NCBI RefSeq assembly: GCF_009914755.1 | Contig: NC_060935.1 | Direction: 5' to 3' (one strand) | Length of the DNA: 64,000 bases | Origin: the human T2T-CHM13v2.0 reference genome, Homo sapiens | Shown here: piece after piece, positions 15,564-34,580 of the stretch | Layout of the letters: each line of letters begins with the position of its first letter | Numbering within the stretch: position 1 is the first letter of the stretch | The notes under the pieces: generated by a model | What the model saw: the letters and a program-made list of their open reading frames with translations, nothing else | What the model was told of the DNA's origin: nothing | The model's database searches: none | Position numbers and translations under genes: made by a program

Positions 15564-16769
15564 GAGTTATGATTACTTTAAGGTGAAACTTCCATCTTAA
15601 TGTGGTATTTGTGTTTTTGCTCTTCTCCCATTCAGCGTCTGGTGCAGACAAGAACATGCCATCTGGGAAGGAAAGACATCATGAGCTCCTCTCTTTCTTC
15701 TTCCTTTATCCATCCATTGCTCTTGCCTTCCCCACCTGTGTTAAAGCAAGAGGAGGGAGAAAGGAAATGGGGATTGGAAAATTCTTGACCAGAACTATTA
15801 AAAGATTGTTCTGGGCTCTCTGGACCTGACAGGTATTTAAGAACAAATCTTTCTCTCATGAGCACTTTTACAGGCTCTTTGAGGATTTCTCTACTAATTC
15901 TGTTTGATTTTTGCTCCCTTGACATAGCTATTCCAGATCCCTATTTAATCCCTTGGATTCATGCACCTCTGTCCTATGGTTGGAGGTGAGTCCATTGCTT
16001 CCCAGACATAGCCTCTACTCTGCTGTCCCAGGCTACTTTAGCTTTCTCATATGTGAGTCAGACATCTATGAACTTTAGAAATCAGACATCAAATTCTCTG
16101 CATGGTTTCACTGACATCTCTTTCATAGGCTTTATTTGTTCTTTATTGCATTCCTCTCCAAGGGTTCACTCTTTTCCTTGCTATAGTATGTCTTTGAGTA
16201 GTTCTTTTATCAAGCATCAGTGGAGTTTTGTAGGTTTTAAATGTCTATATTATGTAAGTGCTCTTGAATGATTTTTAGCTGGGTATAAAATTACATTTTA
16301 TTAGTAATTTCTTTTTAGCACTTTGAAGACCTTACTTCATTGTCTTTTGGCATGTATTGCTGGGAAAGGGGAGTCTGCTATAAGTATAATTTTTACTTTC
16401 TAAGATTTTTGTCCTTTTTTTCTGTTAGCTTTTATGATTTTTTTTTATCCTTTCGTTCCATAACTGTGCTACCTTTGCTTTGTCAAGCTAGGTTTTATTT
16501 CACTTATCCTTTCTATCATTTAATAGGCACTTAAAAAATCTGACATTTTTCTTCAATTCTTAATCCTTTACCAGTCTTTCAATATTGTTCTATTCTTTTG
16601 GAGAGCCTCATATATTATACATTTAGTAAAATCCTTTAATCTAATCTCTATTTCTCTTCATTTCTCATTCATATTTTAATATCTTTATTGGTCTGTATTT
16701 ATCATCAAATTTTTGTGCTAGTTTCCAGTATTCACTAATTCATTTTTTTATTTTGCCCAGGCCAGAGTA

Positions 16770-16918
16770 CAGGCCATCCTTGGTTTGCATGATGCTATGT
16801 TAACTGAAACCTATGCATATCAGAACCCTGTCCTCAGTTATCACAGAATCATGCAAAGTGAAGACATGGTTGCATGAGGTTTGGCTAGCACAACACTGTG
16901 CAAAGTGAGGACCACCTG
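16770..16918. mobile_element. Tigger-type MITE nested in old L1-like sequence
   Basis: TA|caggccatccttggtttgca ... tgcaaagtgaggaccacctg|TA: imperfect TIRs and TA TSD. Confidence 0.7.
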
Positions 16919-17117
16919 TATATCCAATTCATAAAATGTTTGTATTTCTATGACTATATTTTTCATTTACAGAATTTTCAATTGGTTATTTTTCATGTCC
17001 ATTGGTTCTTAATCTAATCTGCCTTTTCCCTACTTTTTTTGTTGATTGTAAAGCATGCTATTGCTTCACTTATTTTCTTGAAGTTCTTAAATGTACATAC
17101 TTAAAGTGATTTTTTGA

Positions 17118-17431
<314 letters not shown>

Positions 17432-19210
17432 TACAATTGTATTTTGAGAGCCATGAATTAATTTCTCCATAATTAAGTTTGTTGGCTGGCTCTTTGTGTT
17501 CATTCTCTTTCCTTGCTCTGAAATTTTTATTTACATTTTTATCTTGAGTGGAAATTTCTTGTCTTCTTCGCTATGCTAATTCTATCCTGTTTGGCATTTT
17601 CGAAGTTATCTTCCACTAATCTCAGGACCTGCAATCTAGAACTAGGTGTACAGTTGGAAATTTAGGGTTCCTGTCCTGCAACGGTAGTAGAGACAACAGA
17701 TCCACTCATTCAGCTGTCAGGGAGCTTGTCAGCTTCTGTCCACATGGCATTCTCTGTCTCCAGCCACCACATATACACAGTTAACGATGCCCCCTTTCCC
17801 TGTGGGCAAGTTCTGCCTCAGCTCCTATTTCACAGTGTGACATTGGATATGATTCTCTTTTATGCATGGGGATGATTTTAGTTCCTGTCATCCAGCTCTC
17901 CCCTTCCCCTGAAAGAAGAACACCCAAAGTATTATCAAGTGACTCGATCTAACCTCAACATACAGATTCTTCAGCGGTGTTCAGTTCTCTCAGTTGGACA
18001 TGAATGTTGCTCTTGTTGCTCTACATGGTTGGATGAATTACTGCTGAATGATGTTTGATTATCCCAATATAGAATGATAGAAAAGGAAAGAGTAACTACA
18101 ATAAAAATAATTTAAACTCATTTGGAAAAAGGGAATATAGGAAACATTACACAGTGGCCACCATTTTATAGCACATAATCTTAATGAAGAGGAGTAATAA
18201 GATTCCCTTTTCTTGCCAGAAATGTTAGCTCTGGGGTCAGCCAATCTAGTTTACTTAAGGCGTATTTACAGGAGGGCATACCTTGTTGATTGACAAATGT
18301 GGCCACGTCTAAAAAGGGCTTTGGGGAGAAAGCTATCATGGGGGCTGTAACAATTACAAGTCTGTTTCATAATTCATTGGTTTAGGAGTCGATGGATTGC
18401 CTTAATGGACAAATAATCATGGGTTTCTTGTAGTTTGCCAAGCATGAGTTTCTCTAGAAATATACATTTCTTAAAACAAAATGAATTTCAACCTATTTCT
18501 GTTTACTGAACTCCAGTGCCAAATAACCAATGACTAGTTAATCATTGACTCTATAATCCAGCCTGAAACTTTCTCTCTCCTAAAAATAGGACAGGGCTTT
18601 GTCCATTGTCCAGCCCTCAGTTGAACTTGGATTCTGCCTCCACATTCTATTACATGTCGAAAAGGGTGAGCTTTCCGAGGCAAAGATGTATCTTCTTCAG
18701 TCTGTACTTTCACAAGGACCAGTTCCAACTTAAGCTTTTCTATTTCTTATTGAAATAACCAAGGTTAGACGATCCATTCTAACATCCTGTGTGTTTCCTA
18801 TCAAAAATAGTAGTAGTGTAGTTTAGGTGGGTTTAATGTATTCCACATCACCTCAGTTCAGCTAATTCTACATCTTAGAACCTGTCATTTAAAAATGCCC
18901 TACTTCTGGGCATTTCTGTATCACTTGAGACTTTTACAGTTGCAAGTGACCAGAAGTCCCAGCTCAAATTAGCTTAAAGAAGAAAATGCACTGGATAATA
19001 TAAATAATAAATCCAGGCTGAATATCTAGGTAGATAGGATGAAACTAGACTGAGGACTGAAAACACATCATCAGCGTGTCTTAGTTTCTTCCCAGCTCTT
19101 GGCTTTATTTTGCATTTCCCCATGTGTTAGTTTTATTCTCAGATTCTATGTGGCAATAAAATGGCTACAGCTGTTCTGGCCTTGCATCCTCTCAGATTCA
19201 AGTCTGTTGA

Positions 19211-19604
<394 letters not shown>

Positions 19605-21591
19605 TGATTGGACTGGGTTAGATCACGTGTCTATCTGTAAATGTATTGCTATGGCAGGAGCAACAGAATGCACCCATTAGCTTAGGTTTCATTCTGGCTT
19701 GGTGCAGATAGACTTCAAGTGTAAATAAAAGGTAGAGTAGAGGAGGGAATAACTCTACAAAGCAAAATTAGGATGATATTACAAAATGTAGAGTGCATAG
19801 AGTTGCAAAACCAGCAACTGTCTATTGCATCACTGGATAGAGAGAACCTTAATGCCAGAGCAAGTAAAGGGAACACATGTGGACATAAAAAATACCATTC
19901 TGTCTCAGATCGATCATATTACTACTCAGTTTCACCACGAGGCACTTATGAGGGGAGGGAGCATATGGCAGTTGTTCTTTTTCTTGTCAGTCTCTGTTTA
20001 TGTATAATAACCAAGAAATTCTTAATATCTTCCTTATAGTTCCTTGTTGGAGCTATCATTCTTAAATGTATCGAAATCTTTCTTGTATATTCTTACATTT
20101 TGCCAGTATAAATTTTATGACTTTGTAGACTATGAATCTGAACTCCTTTTATCTTCTATCCTTTTATCTGTCTATAGAGGGGATCTGAATTCCAACAGAA
20201 ACAAATAAATGCCAATTAGCCTCTAGGGGGCTCTTTCTATGGCCAGTATGGTGTTTTTCTAGTAATTAGAGAAAACTGGTACTAGGAATATTAAAAATTT
20301 AATCCCTAAATCTAGAGCAAACAACTTCAACATTCTCTTCCATTGTTATTTTAATATCAGCTCATTAGAAAACAAAAGTAAAGAAGTCACCAACATTGTA
20401 TCAGAGCAAATAAAATGTTGGGACAGTTACCCACATATGAGCAAGATGAGGAAGAAAATACCATAGCAATGATGCAAAAATATGGCAAATAATTGTTAGA
20501 AATAAATGCAAAAAACAGACCAAGAGTCCAGCTCAGAAATAAAATACTATTCTGTCTTTTGGTTCCTTCCTTATCCTGGGGAGGAGATGCATTAGTAAAA
20601 GATTGTTTGACGACTTACCTGGAGAAAGTGGTCTGGGCTAAGACTATGACACTTTTATCAAATAGTGAAAGAAACATGGGCTTTGGCATAGGGGTGACAT
20701 GCTTTAGAATGTTGAGACTCATTCAATAGCAGGAAAGTCACCTAATCATCGCTGAGCCTCAGTTACATCATCTACTCCTTCCCAGGAGTGTTTTGAGGAT
20801 TAAATGAGGTATGGTGTCTATGGTGAATACTTGGTACCAGTCCATCTGTTTCTCCTGGTGAAAACATCAGGAAAAATTGCCCAATTTAAAAAATTTATCA
20901 GTTAGAAAAGATAATCTACCAAAACATCTAGAAATTCCTCCTTCTACCCAGTACTCAGCATTTGAAGCAATGAGGCAAAGAATCAAAATAGAGCTAATGG
21001 GGACTATATGAAGCCATTTAGTCTACTTTATGATCTAAAGGTACCTATTTCATTGCCTATTATTTCTCAGTAGCCTATTTCTCAGATCATTGTTTTGAAA
21101 GCTGGTTTTATGTTTATGGCACCAATTCTTGCTTCTTTTTGCTCAGCCAGATCCTCTGCACATAAAAGTAGTAGACTGTGAAACGAGCTGCCTCAAGCAG
21201 GACCAGCTAGTGGCAGCATGCAGAAGGAAGTAAGAGGTGGAGGGAGAGTGGGGAGAGAACTACTGGATGCCTGACTTTTAAGGCTGGGACAATTGACATT
21301 TGGCCAGTATGGTAGCCTGTGGATTAATCAGAATGGAGTGTTGTTCACAAGGGAGGAGAGTTTTGCAATTCCATTTCTAGGAATTTGTCTTACAGGAAGA
21401 CTTACAGCAGTATACAAAGTTGTCCCTGCAAGGATGTTCAGGGCAGTATTGTTTGTAAAAGTGAAAACTAGAGAAAACCTATATGTCTGTTAATAATGGA
21501 AAGGTTAAGTAAATAGGATGTGTTCACACTGTAGAATGTTATGTGGCAACTCAAAAGAACAAGGTGGAGCTATACATATTAATAATAAACA

Positions 21592-22020
<429 letters not shown>

Positions 22021-24743
22021 TTACAAGAAGCATATTTACCTATAAAAACAAAAGTAAATAAAAAGCCCCATGGTTAAAAGACACATTTATTTATAACTCT
22101 TAAAGTTCAAAGAAATTAGAAGAGTTCCTCCTCCTCCAGTTTGTTACGTAGCGGGTCTTCTCACCACATCATAATCCTGGGACACAGGTTACAGGAATGC
22201 TGCTCAGCAAGTGGACACCAGCTATTCTGTTAATCTTTGGCAATGGCTTTCCAACAGGAGAGATGTACCCTTGAATGGTGTAATTATTAAGTTTATTGGA
22301 GAGGCTGCTTTCTTCATCTTGTTTTGGAATCACTTAATTGAAGAATGATTTATTCAATTGATGTATAAATCCCTTTTCTCTGAACTAGGGAAATTGCCAT
22401 CTCAAAACAGAGCCAGTGGTCATCTTTCAGGAAGATTTGAGGCTTGCCCTCACTCTCAGCCTATTCACAGGGCCCTAGGTCTAATAGCCAGTATATAAAA
22501 CAATCTCATAGCCTATAATATCATGAAATTCACAGTTCTTACCCCCAGATGTCTCATAGATGTGTGATTAGGGACCTATTTCAACTCCCACTCCAATCCC
22601 CAACACACAGAATCTGGAGAAATGACGCTTGAAGTCTGACTTCCCAGATTCTTTAGAACAAGACACCTGTATAGTTTTCAGATTTCTCTTCACGTGACCA
22701 GTGTAGCAATCTGAAGGTCTGGAAAATGACATATTTTAACCTCTCTTTTAAGGACATTTTTTTCCTTTTAAATAAATAAAAAGAAAAAAAAGTAGGATGT
22801 ATATAAAGAAAGTTTTTCTCTTTTAGGGCTTTCATACTCAAGTTATGACAACACTGAAGAATTTAATAGGTACAGATTTTCCAGGTGTCATTATGGATTC
22901 AATTTCAATTGCATTAAATTTCAGAAAGTTTAATATATATTAGCAAGTCATAGCATATCATTATTTGGAAACTTTTTTCATTGTGAATGAAATCAGTTAT
23001 TTGCCCTTTATTTTATTTTTTAAAAATAATTTCAACTTTTATTTAAGATTCAGGGGGTAAACGTGTAGGTTTGTTACATGGGTATATTGTGTGATTGCAA
23101 ACATCATTTAGTGATGTGTCTGATGTAATGCCAAGTCCTCATCAATTCTACTTCACAGTTGCTCTTGAATCAATCCCATAGCGACTGCCCTTATTTCGGC
23201 TAACCTGGACTCTTTTAGAGGTGGTTGAACTTGTTTTCTGATCTTCATTTGCTCTCTCCATTTTATGATATTTTTTGATCTTGCTGGAAAATTAATCTTC
23301 CTAAAACACAGTTTTGAGCATGCCATTGTATGTTAAAACATTTTCAGCACTTCTCCTTTTCCTATTGAATAAGTCTTAAAAGTCCATACCCCTTAGCCTG
23401 TCCTTCTGGGTTGGTAGCATAGCACCTTGAAGGAACCTACCTTTCATGCCAATAACTTCTCCAATAACTTCCATAGATTCTAAGTTCCAGGCAAACTGAA
23501 TTAGCCCTGTATTTCCCAAACAGTGCTTTACTTCTTCTCTAGGTTACCTCCTGACATATTATGGTTGTAATTTGAAATTTCTTCAGAGCTTACCAGCCTC
23601 AGGATGAAAATAGAACCACATTGACATCAATACCCAAATTTCACTTCTTCATCAGACACGGAAGTCCAAACCTCTACCAAGTCTCCTCCCAGATATTTAT
23701 GAGAATCCCAGCAAGGAAAGATATTAAAGTGGTATCTAAATTGGCCAGGACTGCTGCTACTTTGTTTTTCTGGGTCCCAGGTAACCTCCCATTGTTTCTG
23801 GTCAGTGCCACTGGGCACCATGTGCACCCCAGGCCCAACTGGTGCCATCATGGGCAGAGTGTGGAAGAATGGCTCTCTCCCTTTTATGTTGCTATCTGTT
23901 ATGATGGCATGTCATAGCAGTGTTGCCTGGGCTCCAGTGTGTTACAGAATATAGGAGAAGAAGTCTTCCATCTTTTATTTTATAGCACTGTCTCTCCCTT
24001 GGAATTAAACTTGCACCCAATGGTTGCACAGCACAGAATCACCGCTTCTCCTTCCTAACTCAGGCTTTATTCCTGGGTCCAGCAATTCATGCTGTTTCTA
24101 GAATGAGTCGTTTCATAAGAGGATTCTCAGGGCCCTGCAAAAAAATTTGTGTTAGACCTTTCTACGAGTTTACTAGACATGTAAAGATACATATACATCC
24201 AACTCCTGACAGGGCATCCAGTTGATGTGGTTAATAGGAGACATCTTAGCCTTCATGCAAGGGGACTTTCCTTTTGCCTCCCCCATCACTTATGATACAT
24301 ACTCAGACATTCTAAATCTTAAAGATGGACTCTGTTCAGGCAGGTTTTCTGTTTACAAAAGAACACATAGCATTTATATAAAGTTTAAAAACAGGCTAAC
24401 TCTCCCCTCTGTATATTATGTATAGAACACATATGTTTGATTAAACCATAAAAGAAAGCAAGGGAGAGGAAGGGGAATATCAGGGAAGGATATGCGAAAG
24501 GTTTTACCCATATTGGTAAGATTCTATTTAGGCTGAGTGGTGAATCACAGATGTTTGATTTTATTATTCTCTATAATATGTGTATGTATTGCATATATAT
24601 AAATTATATCATATTCAAATTTTTAAGTATAAAATATTTCACAACTAAAAGCCTTGACCAAAAAAGACATTTAAGTATTAGTCTGCACTCCTGCATTTGT
24701 TTCCTATACCTTTGTTTCTCTTTCTTCATGCATCTGCTTGGTG

Positions 24744-25063
<320 letters not shown>

Positions 25064-26495
25064 TGATCTCCAAGTTCTGAAGAACCCTTCTCATGTTTGC
25101 CTCCCTTTTCTTATCTCAAGGGCTGCTCTTCTGCTTTCTTTTGTGATTTCCCCTGTGCTTCCTTCCTGATTGCTAGTTTCTTTATTCAGCTCATGTGAAT
25201 TTGCTTTTCACCTCTTTGGATTGCACTGCCAGTGTTTGGCAGTTCAGTTACTTTCCCCTCTTTGTTTTTGTTTTCTGGAATAGTCTACTTACAAGAATCA
25301 CGGCTATTAGACCAGAGTGACTCTGGGTTTTCTATTTCCTCTTTTTGGTGATGTTTGATAAAGATGCCATTTCAGATATCTTATTTTATGGGCTACTCTG
25401 TAAACAACTGTGGGAATTGGAGTTTTGGCAGGCTTTTAAGAGATGTCAACACTGCAGTGAAGTGGAGGCAGCCGTTAAGAAAAATGCTTTCTTAAAAGCT
25501 TCTCTTTGGAGAATTTCTGCTGCTATCTACCGCAGCTAAGAAGGCCTAGAATAAACATCCATGGAATACTGTGGAATACATGGGATATCATGTAGCCATT
25601 AAAAACGATCATGGAGATTTTTATTTGTCAACACGGAAAGATGTTTATGACATATTAAGTGAGAAGCACAAGTTATATAGTATGTATATATGTAATATTT
25701 GTAAATAATATATATGATCTCATTTTATTTAAAGCCTTCTATATTTAAGTGCATAAACATTCATAGATAAAACTAGAAGAGTATACATCAAATTGTGAAA
25801 AAATATTAACAATGGTTATCTTGGGATGGTAAAATTTGGGGGTGATTTTGGGAGGTTAAATTTATATGATTTTCTCTATTTTCTAAAGCACTTGAAGGGA
25901 ATATATATGGCTTTATAAAAAACAGCATATTAGTATCATTTCAATTTTTTTAAAAAGAGGCTTTTGGTGAGATTAACAAATTTCTCTTTTAAATATTTCA
26001 TTTCTTTCTTTTGAAAAAAACTATCTGAAAGTATTATTTCTCCACCCTTTTAGCATAACACTTGAGCAGATTTTACAGTTAAAAATCATGAGTATTCTAT
26101 GGATTGTATTGGTGCACACGTATAGACAATTGCAGTAAGTTTTAAGTCCAGTTTGCCTTCCTCAGGTTGTGTGGTGAAGGTCCTCCTCAGAGATAACGGA
26201 GCGGGAAAGATGGGCAGATTCAGCCTGGAGCCAACATCGCTGGGGTGACAGTGGGGTGGACACAGCTGTCACCGAGAAATGGCCTGAGGGAAGGCAGTGC
26301 AGCCTCCTAGGGTTGCGTGATTCCATTCAAGGAAATGGAGATGTGTGAATTTCCCCTGAGGGCTTGGCAGGGCACTCAAGGTGGAAGTAAAAGCTGCCCT
26401 AGCACTGTTTCATAGGACAGAAGTATGCTCCACTGTTCCCACCTCGACTTCAAAGACACAGTCAGTGGCGGTGGCAGTTGTGGCAACTATGGTGG

Positions 26496-26608
26496 TAAGG
26501 TGACCAACTATCCTGATTTGCCAGGGACTTTTCCCATTTTAACACTGAAAGTCCCACATCCCAGGAAACCCCTCTGTCCCAGGTAAACCAGGATGGTTGG
26601 TCTCCCTG
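26496..26608. mobile_element. MER81-like hAT MITE
   Basis: TIRs taaggtgaccaac / gttggtctccctg; 113 bp; degenerate 8-bp TSD tatggtgg/tactgtgg. Confidence 0.8.
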
Positions 26609-26730
26609 TACTGTGGGCACATCAACATGATTGGGAGAGGTACCTCACTGGGGCGGTGAAAGCTTGTGGAGGTGATGGCAACTAAACGAGAGGAGGCAAC
26701 AGTTGCCATGGTGACGATGGTGTGGTATTA

Positions 26731-27121
<391 letters not shown>

Positions 27122-27444
27122 GAATGGATTTTCAGTTTTCCCACTGCTGTTGTAACCAGGAAATCCAAAGCATTGGGATGGAGGTAGGGGCCAGTAGTGG
27201 TGGCTGGGACTCCAGGAATTACATCCAAAGAGGCCACATGTCTCTTAATGATCCCTGTGTACTCACATCCCTTCCATTGTCCTTGCCTCACACCTGGGAT
27301 GGGGAAGCATTAGCTGGCACTTTCCAAACTCTACCCTTCTTTATACAGCTTTTAGGGGCTACAGTCACCTTTAGCTTTTTACACACATCATCCTTTATCT
27401 TTCTTGTTCACGTTCCTCTTTTTTAAAAAAGATATTTGATTAAG

Positions 27445-28560
27445 ATCTTTAAGACCTGAAACCATAAAAATTCTAGAAGAAAACCTTGAAAAAACTCCTC
27501 TGGACATTGGTCAACATAAAAAATTTATGACTGACCCCAAAAGCAAATGCAACAAAAACGAAAAAGCTTCTGTACAGCAATAATAATAATAATAATCAGA
27601 GTAAACATACAATCCACAGAATGGGAGAGAATAGTTGCAAACCATGCATCCAACAAAGGATTTATATCCAGAATCGACAAGGAATTCAAACAAATCAGCA
27701 AGAAAAAAGCAAATAATCCCATCAAAAAGTGGGCAAAGAACATGAATAGACATTTCTCAAAAGAAGATATACAAATGGTCAACAAACATATTTTTAAAAA
27801 GTGCAACATTACTAATCATCGGGGAATGCAAATTAAAACCACAATGAGATATCACCTACCCCAGCCAAAATGGCTATTATTAAAAAGTCAAAAAACAACA
27901 GATGTTGGTAAGGATGTGGTGAAAAAGGAATTCTTATATGCTACTGGTGGGAATGTAAATTAATACAACCTCTACAGAAAAGAGTATGGAAGTTTCTTGA
28001 AAAACTAAAAGTAGATCTACTATTCAATCTGGCAATCCCACAACTGGCTATTTACTCAAAGGAAAAAAAAAGTCATTAAATCAAAAAGATACATGCATGT
28101 ATATGTTTACTGCAGCACAATTCACAATTGCAAAGATACGGAATCAACCTAAATGCTCGTCAACTGATGAATGGATAAAGAAAATATGGTCTACATACAC
28201 CATGGAATGCTACTCAGTCATAAAAAAGAACAAAAGAAGGTCTTCTGCAGGAAATTGGATGAAACTGGAGGCCATTATTCTAAGTGAAGTAACTCAAGAG
28301 TGGAAAACCAAATACCACATGTTTTCTCACTTGTAAGTGGGAGCTAAGCTATGTGTATGCAAGGACATACAGAGTGGTATAACGAACATTTGAGACTCAG
28401 AAGGGGGAGGGTGGAAGTGAAATGAGGGATGGCAAACTGCTTATTGGGTACAAAGAACACTACTTGGGTGATGGGTGCACTGAAAATTCAGACTTCACCA
28501 CTATACAATTCATCCATGAAACCAAAAACCACTTGTACCCCTAAAGCTATTGAAAATATA
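27445..28560 (+). mobile_element. L1 3' fragment (L1PB-like): ORF2 C-terminus plus 3'UTR
   Basis: ORFs 27547-27963 ([22 protein letters not shown]) and 28097-28336 (MFTAAQFTIAK...DEWIKKIW...KYHMFS) are ORF2p C-terminus; L1PB-type 3'UTR ending in an A-rich tail. Confidence 0.92.
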
Positions 28561-29081
28561 TATAAAATATTGAAAAAAATATATATATAAGGGTCCTCAG
28601 TGCTTAAAAAAAATCAAGTGTTTTTTTAAAACTTGCCAGACAATGGAATATATTTTATAGAAAAAAGTCGATTGAGTAGTTTCACTGAGGGGGGACAAAT
28701 CAGCGGTTGTTAACGGCCACAAATTAAGGATTGAAAACTAGCACTGTGGATAGAGAGGAAAGAGTCCACAGGCCTGTATGTTGGTTAAAACAAGTCCTGT
28801 GGTTCATTGGTCAATAAACAGTTTTCAGTTAGATTCTTTGAGGGTCTGGCATACCTGAATCACTCAAAATTTATGGGCCTAATCAGCCACAGCAAGTTAG
28901 AGCCAGTTATGATGAAACACAATGTTCAGTTTTACTGTTTCCTGAGTAAGTATTGCTCTAAAAATACTTCCTTTTATGCTTTACAATCAGAGCTGAATTT
29001 GCCAGTTGAGCATGAAGGTTTCTTGTAGCCAGGCCTCCTTCCCTCCACCTCTGGATAAATGTGCTTCTACTGAAGCTGCTA

Positions 29082-29488
<407 letters not shown>

Positions 29489-30141
29489 TGAGATCTAGTC
29501 TTGATCAATATGAGTTTTCTCTAATATCTTTGTTTCTTCTTTTTTTAAATTGACGAAGGTAGACTCTCTAATCTCAATGTTTATCTCTTTAGTTTCCTTC
29601 TAGGCCTTCCTTCACAGCCAGGTCCCCACAGTGAAATCTGTCCTTAGCCCGACTGTGCCATCTGGGGCTCTCTCAGGGAGACACTGGTTTTGCACTCCAG
29701 GTCATTGTTTCTTTTAGGTGCATAATAGCATAACATGATAGCACATCTGCATTTAATTATGATTCCGTCTTCCTGGCTCCACGTTCACAAATTTCTAAGC
29801 CTTTGGAGAGAAGGAATATTTGCTACAAACATTGGCTGCAGTGATGATGTTGTCATCTGCTTTTGATTTCCTAGATGTAGCCATAAACAGATGCAAAGTG
29901 TGGCTAAATGGTTGGGAGTGGAGTGTTTGGACCATCTGACAGGGTGTAGATAGGACTCTCCACATGTCTGCAGTCATAATTTTGTCCATTTTTTTTAAGT
30001 TTTTTGTCTTTAAAAATATGCCTCATCACTTCTTTTTCTTCCTACACTGAACTGGCACAGAATAAATAGAACCTTGACTTTGGTTTCACAATGTATGTGG
30101 TGGATTTCATAGACTTTTGTGTTTCATAACACAAAAATGTT

Positions 30142-30154
30142 TGACCTTTGCAAA
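30142..30154. promoter_or_regulatory. DR1-type PPAR response element about 11.7 kb upstream of the CAT ATG
   Basis: TGACCT-T-TGCAAA, 11,711 bp upstream of the ATG; sequence and position agree with my recollection of the reported human CAT PPRE at about -12 kb. Confidence 0.7.
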
Positions 30155-31020
30155 TGATTTCTTTTCATCTTTAGGTCACAGAGCTTTCGTGTTGATATAT
30201 TTGAGAGGGGCAGAGAGTAATAACACAGGGTAATATGATGTAAGGAGGACAAATGCCTTTTTCTGTTACAAACCACACACCTCCTCTGCCTCCAGCCAGT
30301 GCAATGCTTTTGACCATAAACTTCGTTGAATCTGTCCATGTAGCCTAGAGTCAGCCACTGCTGAATCATTCTCCCAACTACAATGCTCCCTGGAGCGTTC
30401 ATTACAGCACTCAAGAGTTTTGATGACTGGCACTTTTGGCATCTTTTTTTTTTTTTTTTTTTTTTTTTTTTGTCGTGGGCTTCAGCTGCCCCAGCTCCTT
30501 TCCAACACCCTACTTTCCCTTGCTCAAGGGTTACTTTAGGGTTGATGATTACTGAGGACACTCAACAGAAGCTCAGATGTTTGAGGAATGCAAGTTGTTA
30601 TAAGATAAGGTGCTTTCTTGCACTTAGTTAACTTCAGACATCAAGACTTGTGTTGCTAGGGTTCTTGCTAACAGAACAATACACAGAATAATCTGTAAAC
30701 TTAATAGCGCAAGAGATGGCATGTTCCAAACATCACCAAAGGCAGCCATAAAATCAGGGCCTATTTTGAAAATTGTGACTGATATTTATTAAACTAATGT
30801 CAACCAATTATACTGTCATAAAAAAGTCAGAAACGATGTTCATTGTCAAGTAATTCCTTATCTCAGGATAATAAAAGGCAAGCTTAGGGTACATTTTGTC
30901 AGATGACTTCAGGGTTTTATAAGTATTAACACATTAAATCTCATAATGTATAAGGGTTAAGAAAATAGTTTGGTCATTTCTCTGTGTAGCCTGTCTGGTT
31001 AACTGTTTATATATTCCTAC

Positions 31021-31634
<614 letters not shown>

Positions 31635-31914
31635 CTAACCCGTATTTCTATCTTTTAATCTATGTAACTTCTCTGTGTCTCAATTTGTTTCTGTAAAAGT
31701 CACTGGGTCCAAGGCAAAACGGTGATGTAGGTGAAGTTTGAATTTAATGTCTTCCACTTCTTCCTCATCTTCATGTGGGGGTCCTCAGGTTGGGGTGAAG
31801 AAGTAACAAAAGTGAGAGTGTCCAGTTCTTGCTCTCAGCTACTGAATAACTTGTAATGAAGGTATTACCTGAGATGCTCATGTATGACTCACCCTAGGAA
31901 TATACGTATACTTA

Positions 31915-32911
<997 letters not shown>

Positions 32912-33589
32912 TGAGAATATGGGAAAGTACTCAAGTCCTAAAGGAAAATATATTTAAAAATGAAATGGGAGGGTATCTGTATTTGAGCCAGGCATCTGAT
33001 CAAATTCTCCCTCAAATCCCTCAAGGCAAATTGTCACTTACTCTGGTTATTTGTAACATGGTTTATCCCGGTATTACCTCATCTATTAATTCACTTGCTT
33101 GTTCATTCATTTAGTCAAATATCCTGGGTGCCAGAAAACTGTTGCAGGTGCTAAGAATAAGCAGAAAATTCAAAACCAGAAACAAAACCCACCAATCCTC
33201 ATGGACTTCTATTCTAGTAGGAGAAATACCCAATAAACAAATGAAATCGGTTATATAGTATGTTAAAAGGGAGAAGGATCACAGAGAAAACACAAAGCAG
33301 GGAAGGCATGACAGGAAGTGCCAGAGGAAGCTATAAGATTAAAAGAAGTGGTCAAGAAAGGTCTTCCTGAGAAGACAACATGGTAAACTACAGGCCCCCA
33401 AGCTGAGCCACGTGGCTTCTGGCTTCTTTTGAGGATGCAGAGTTTAAAAGGGCATTAAGAGAAAGATGATACAAATCCTAATATTGTATCATCTATAATT
33501 TGCCCATCGAGTAAGTTGTTTCACACCTCAGGGGCCAGCCAGACAAGAGAAAGGCAACGGTGATTGTTATTCATTGACATTTAGAATAT

Positions 33590-34580
<991 letters not shown>

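Noticed and set aside
27547-28336. Active L1
   Set aside because: Only ~1.1 kb of the 3' end, frameshifted, from an old subfamily; no ORF1, EN or RT.
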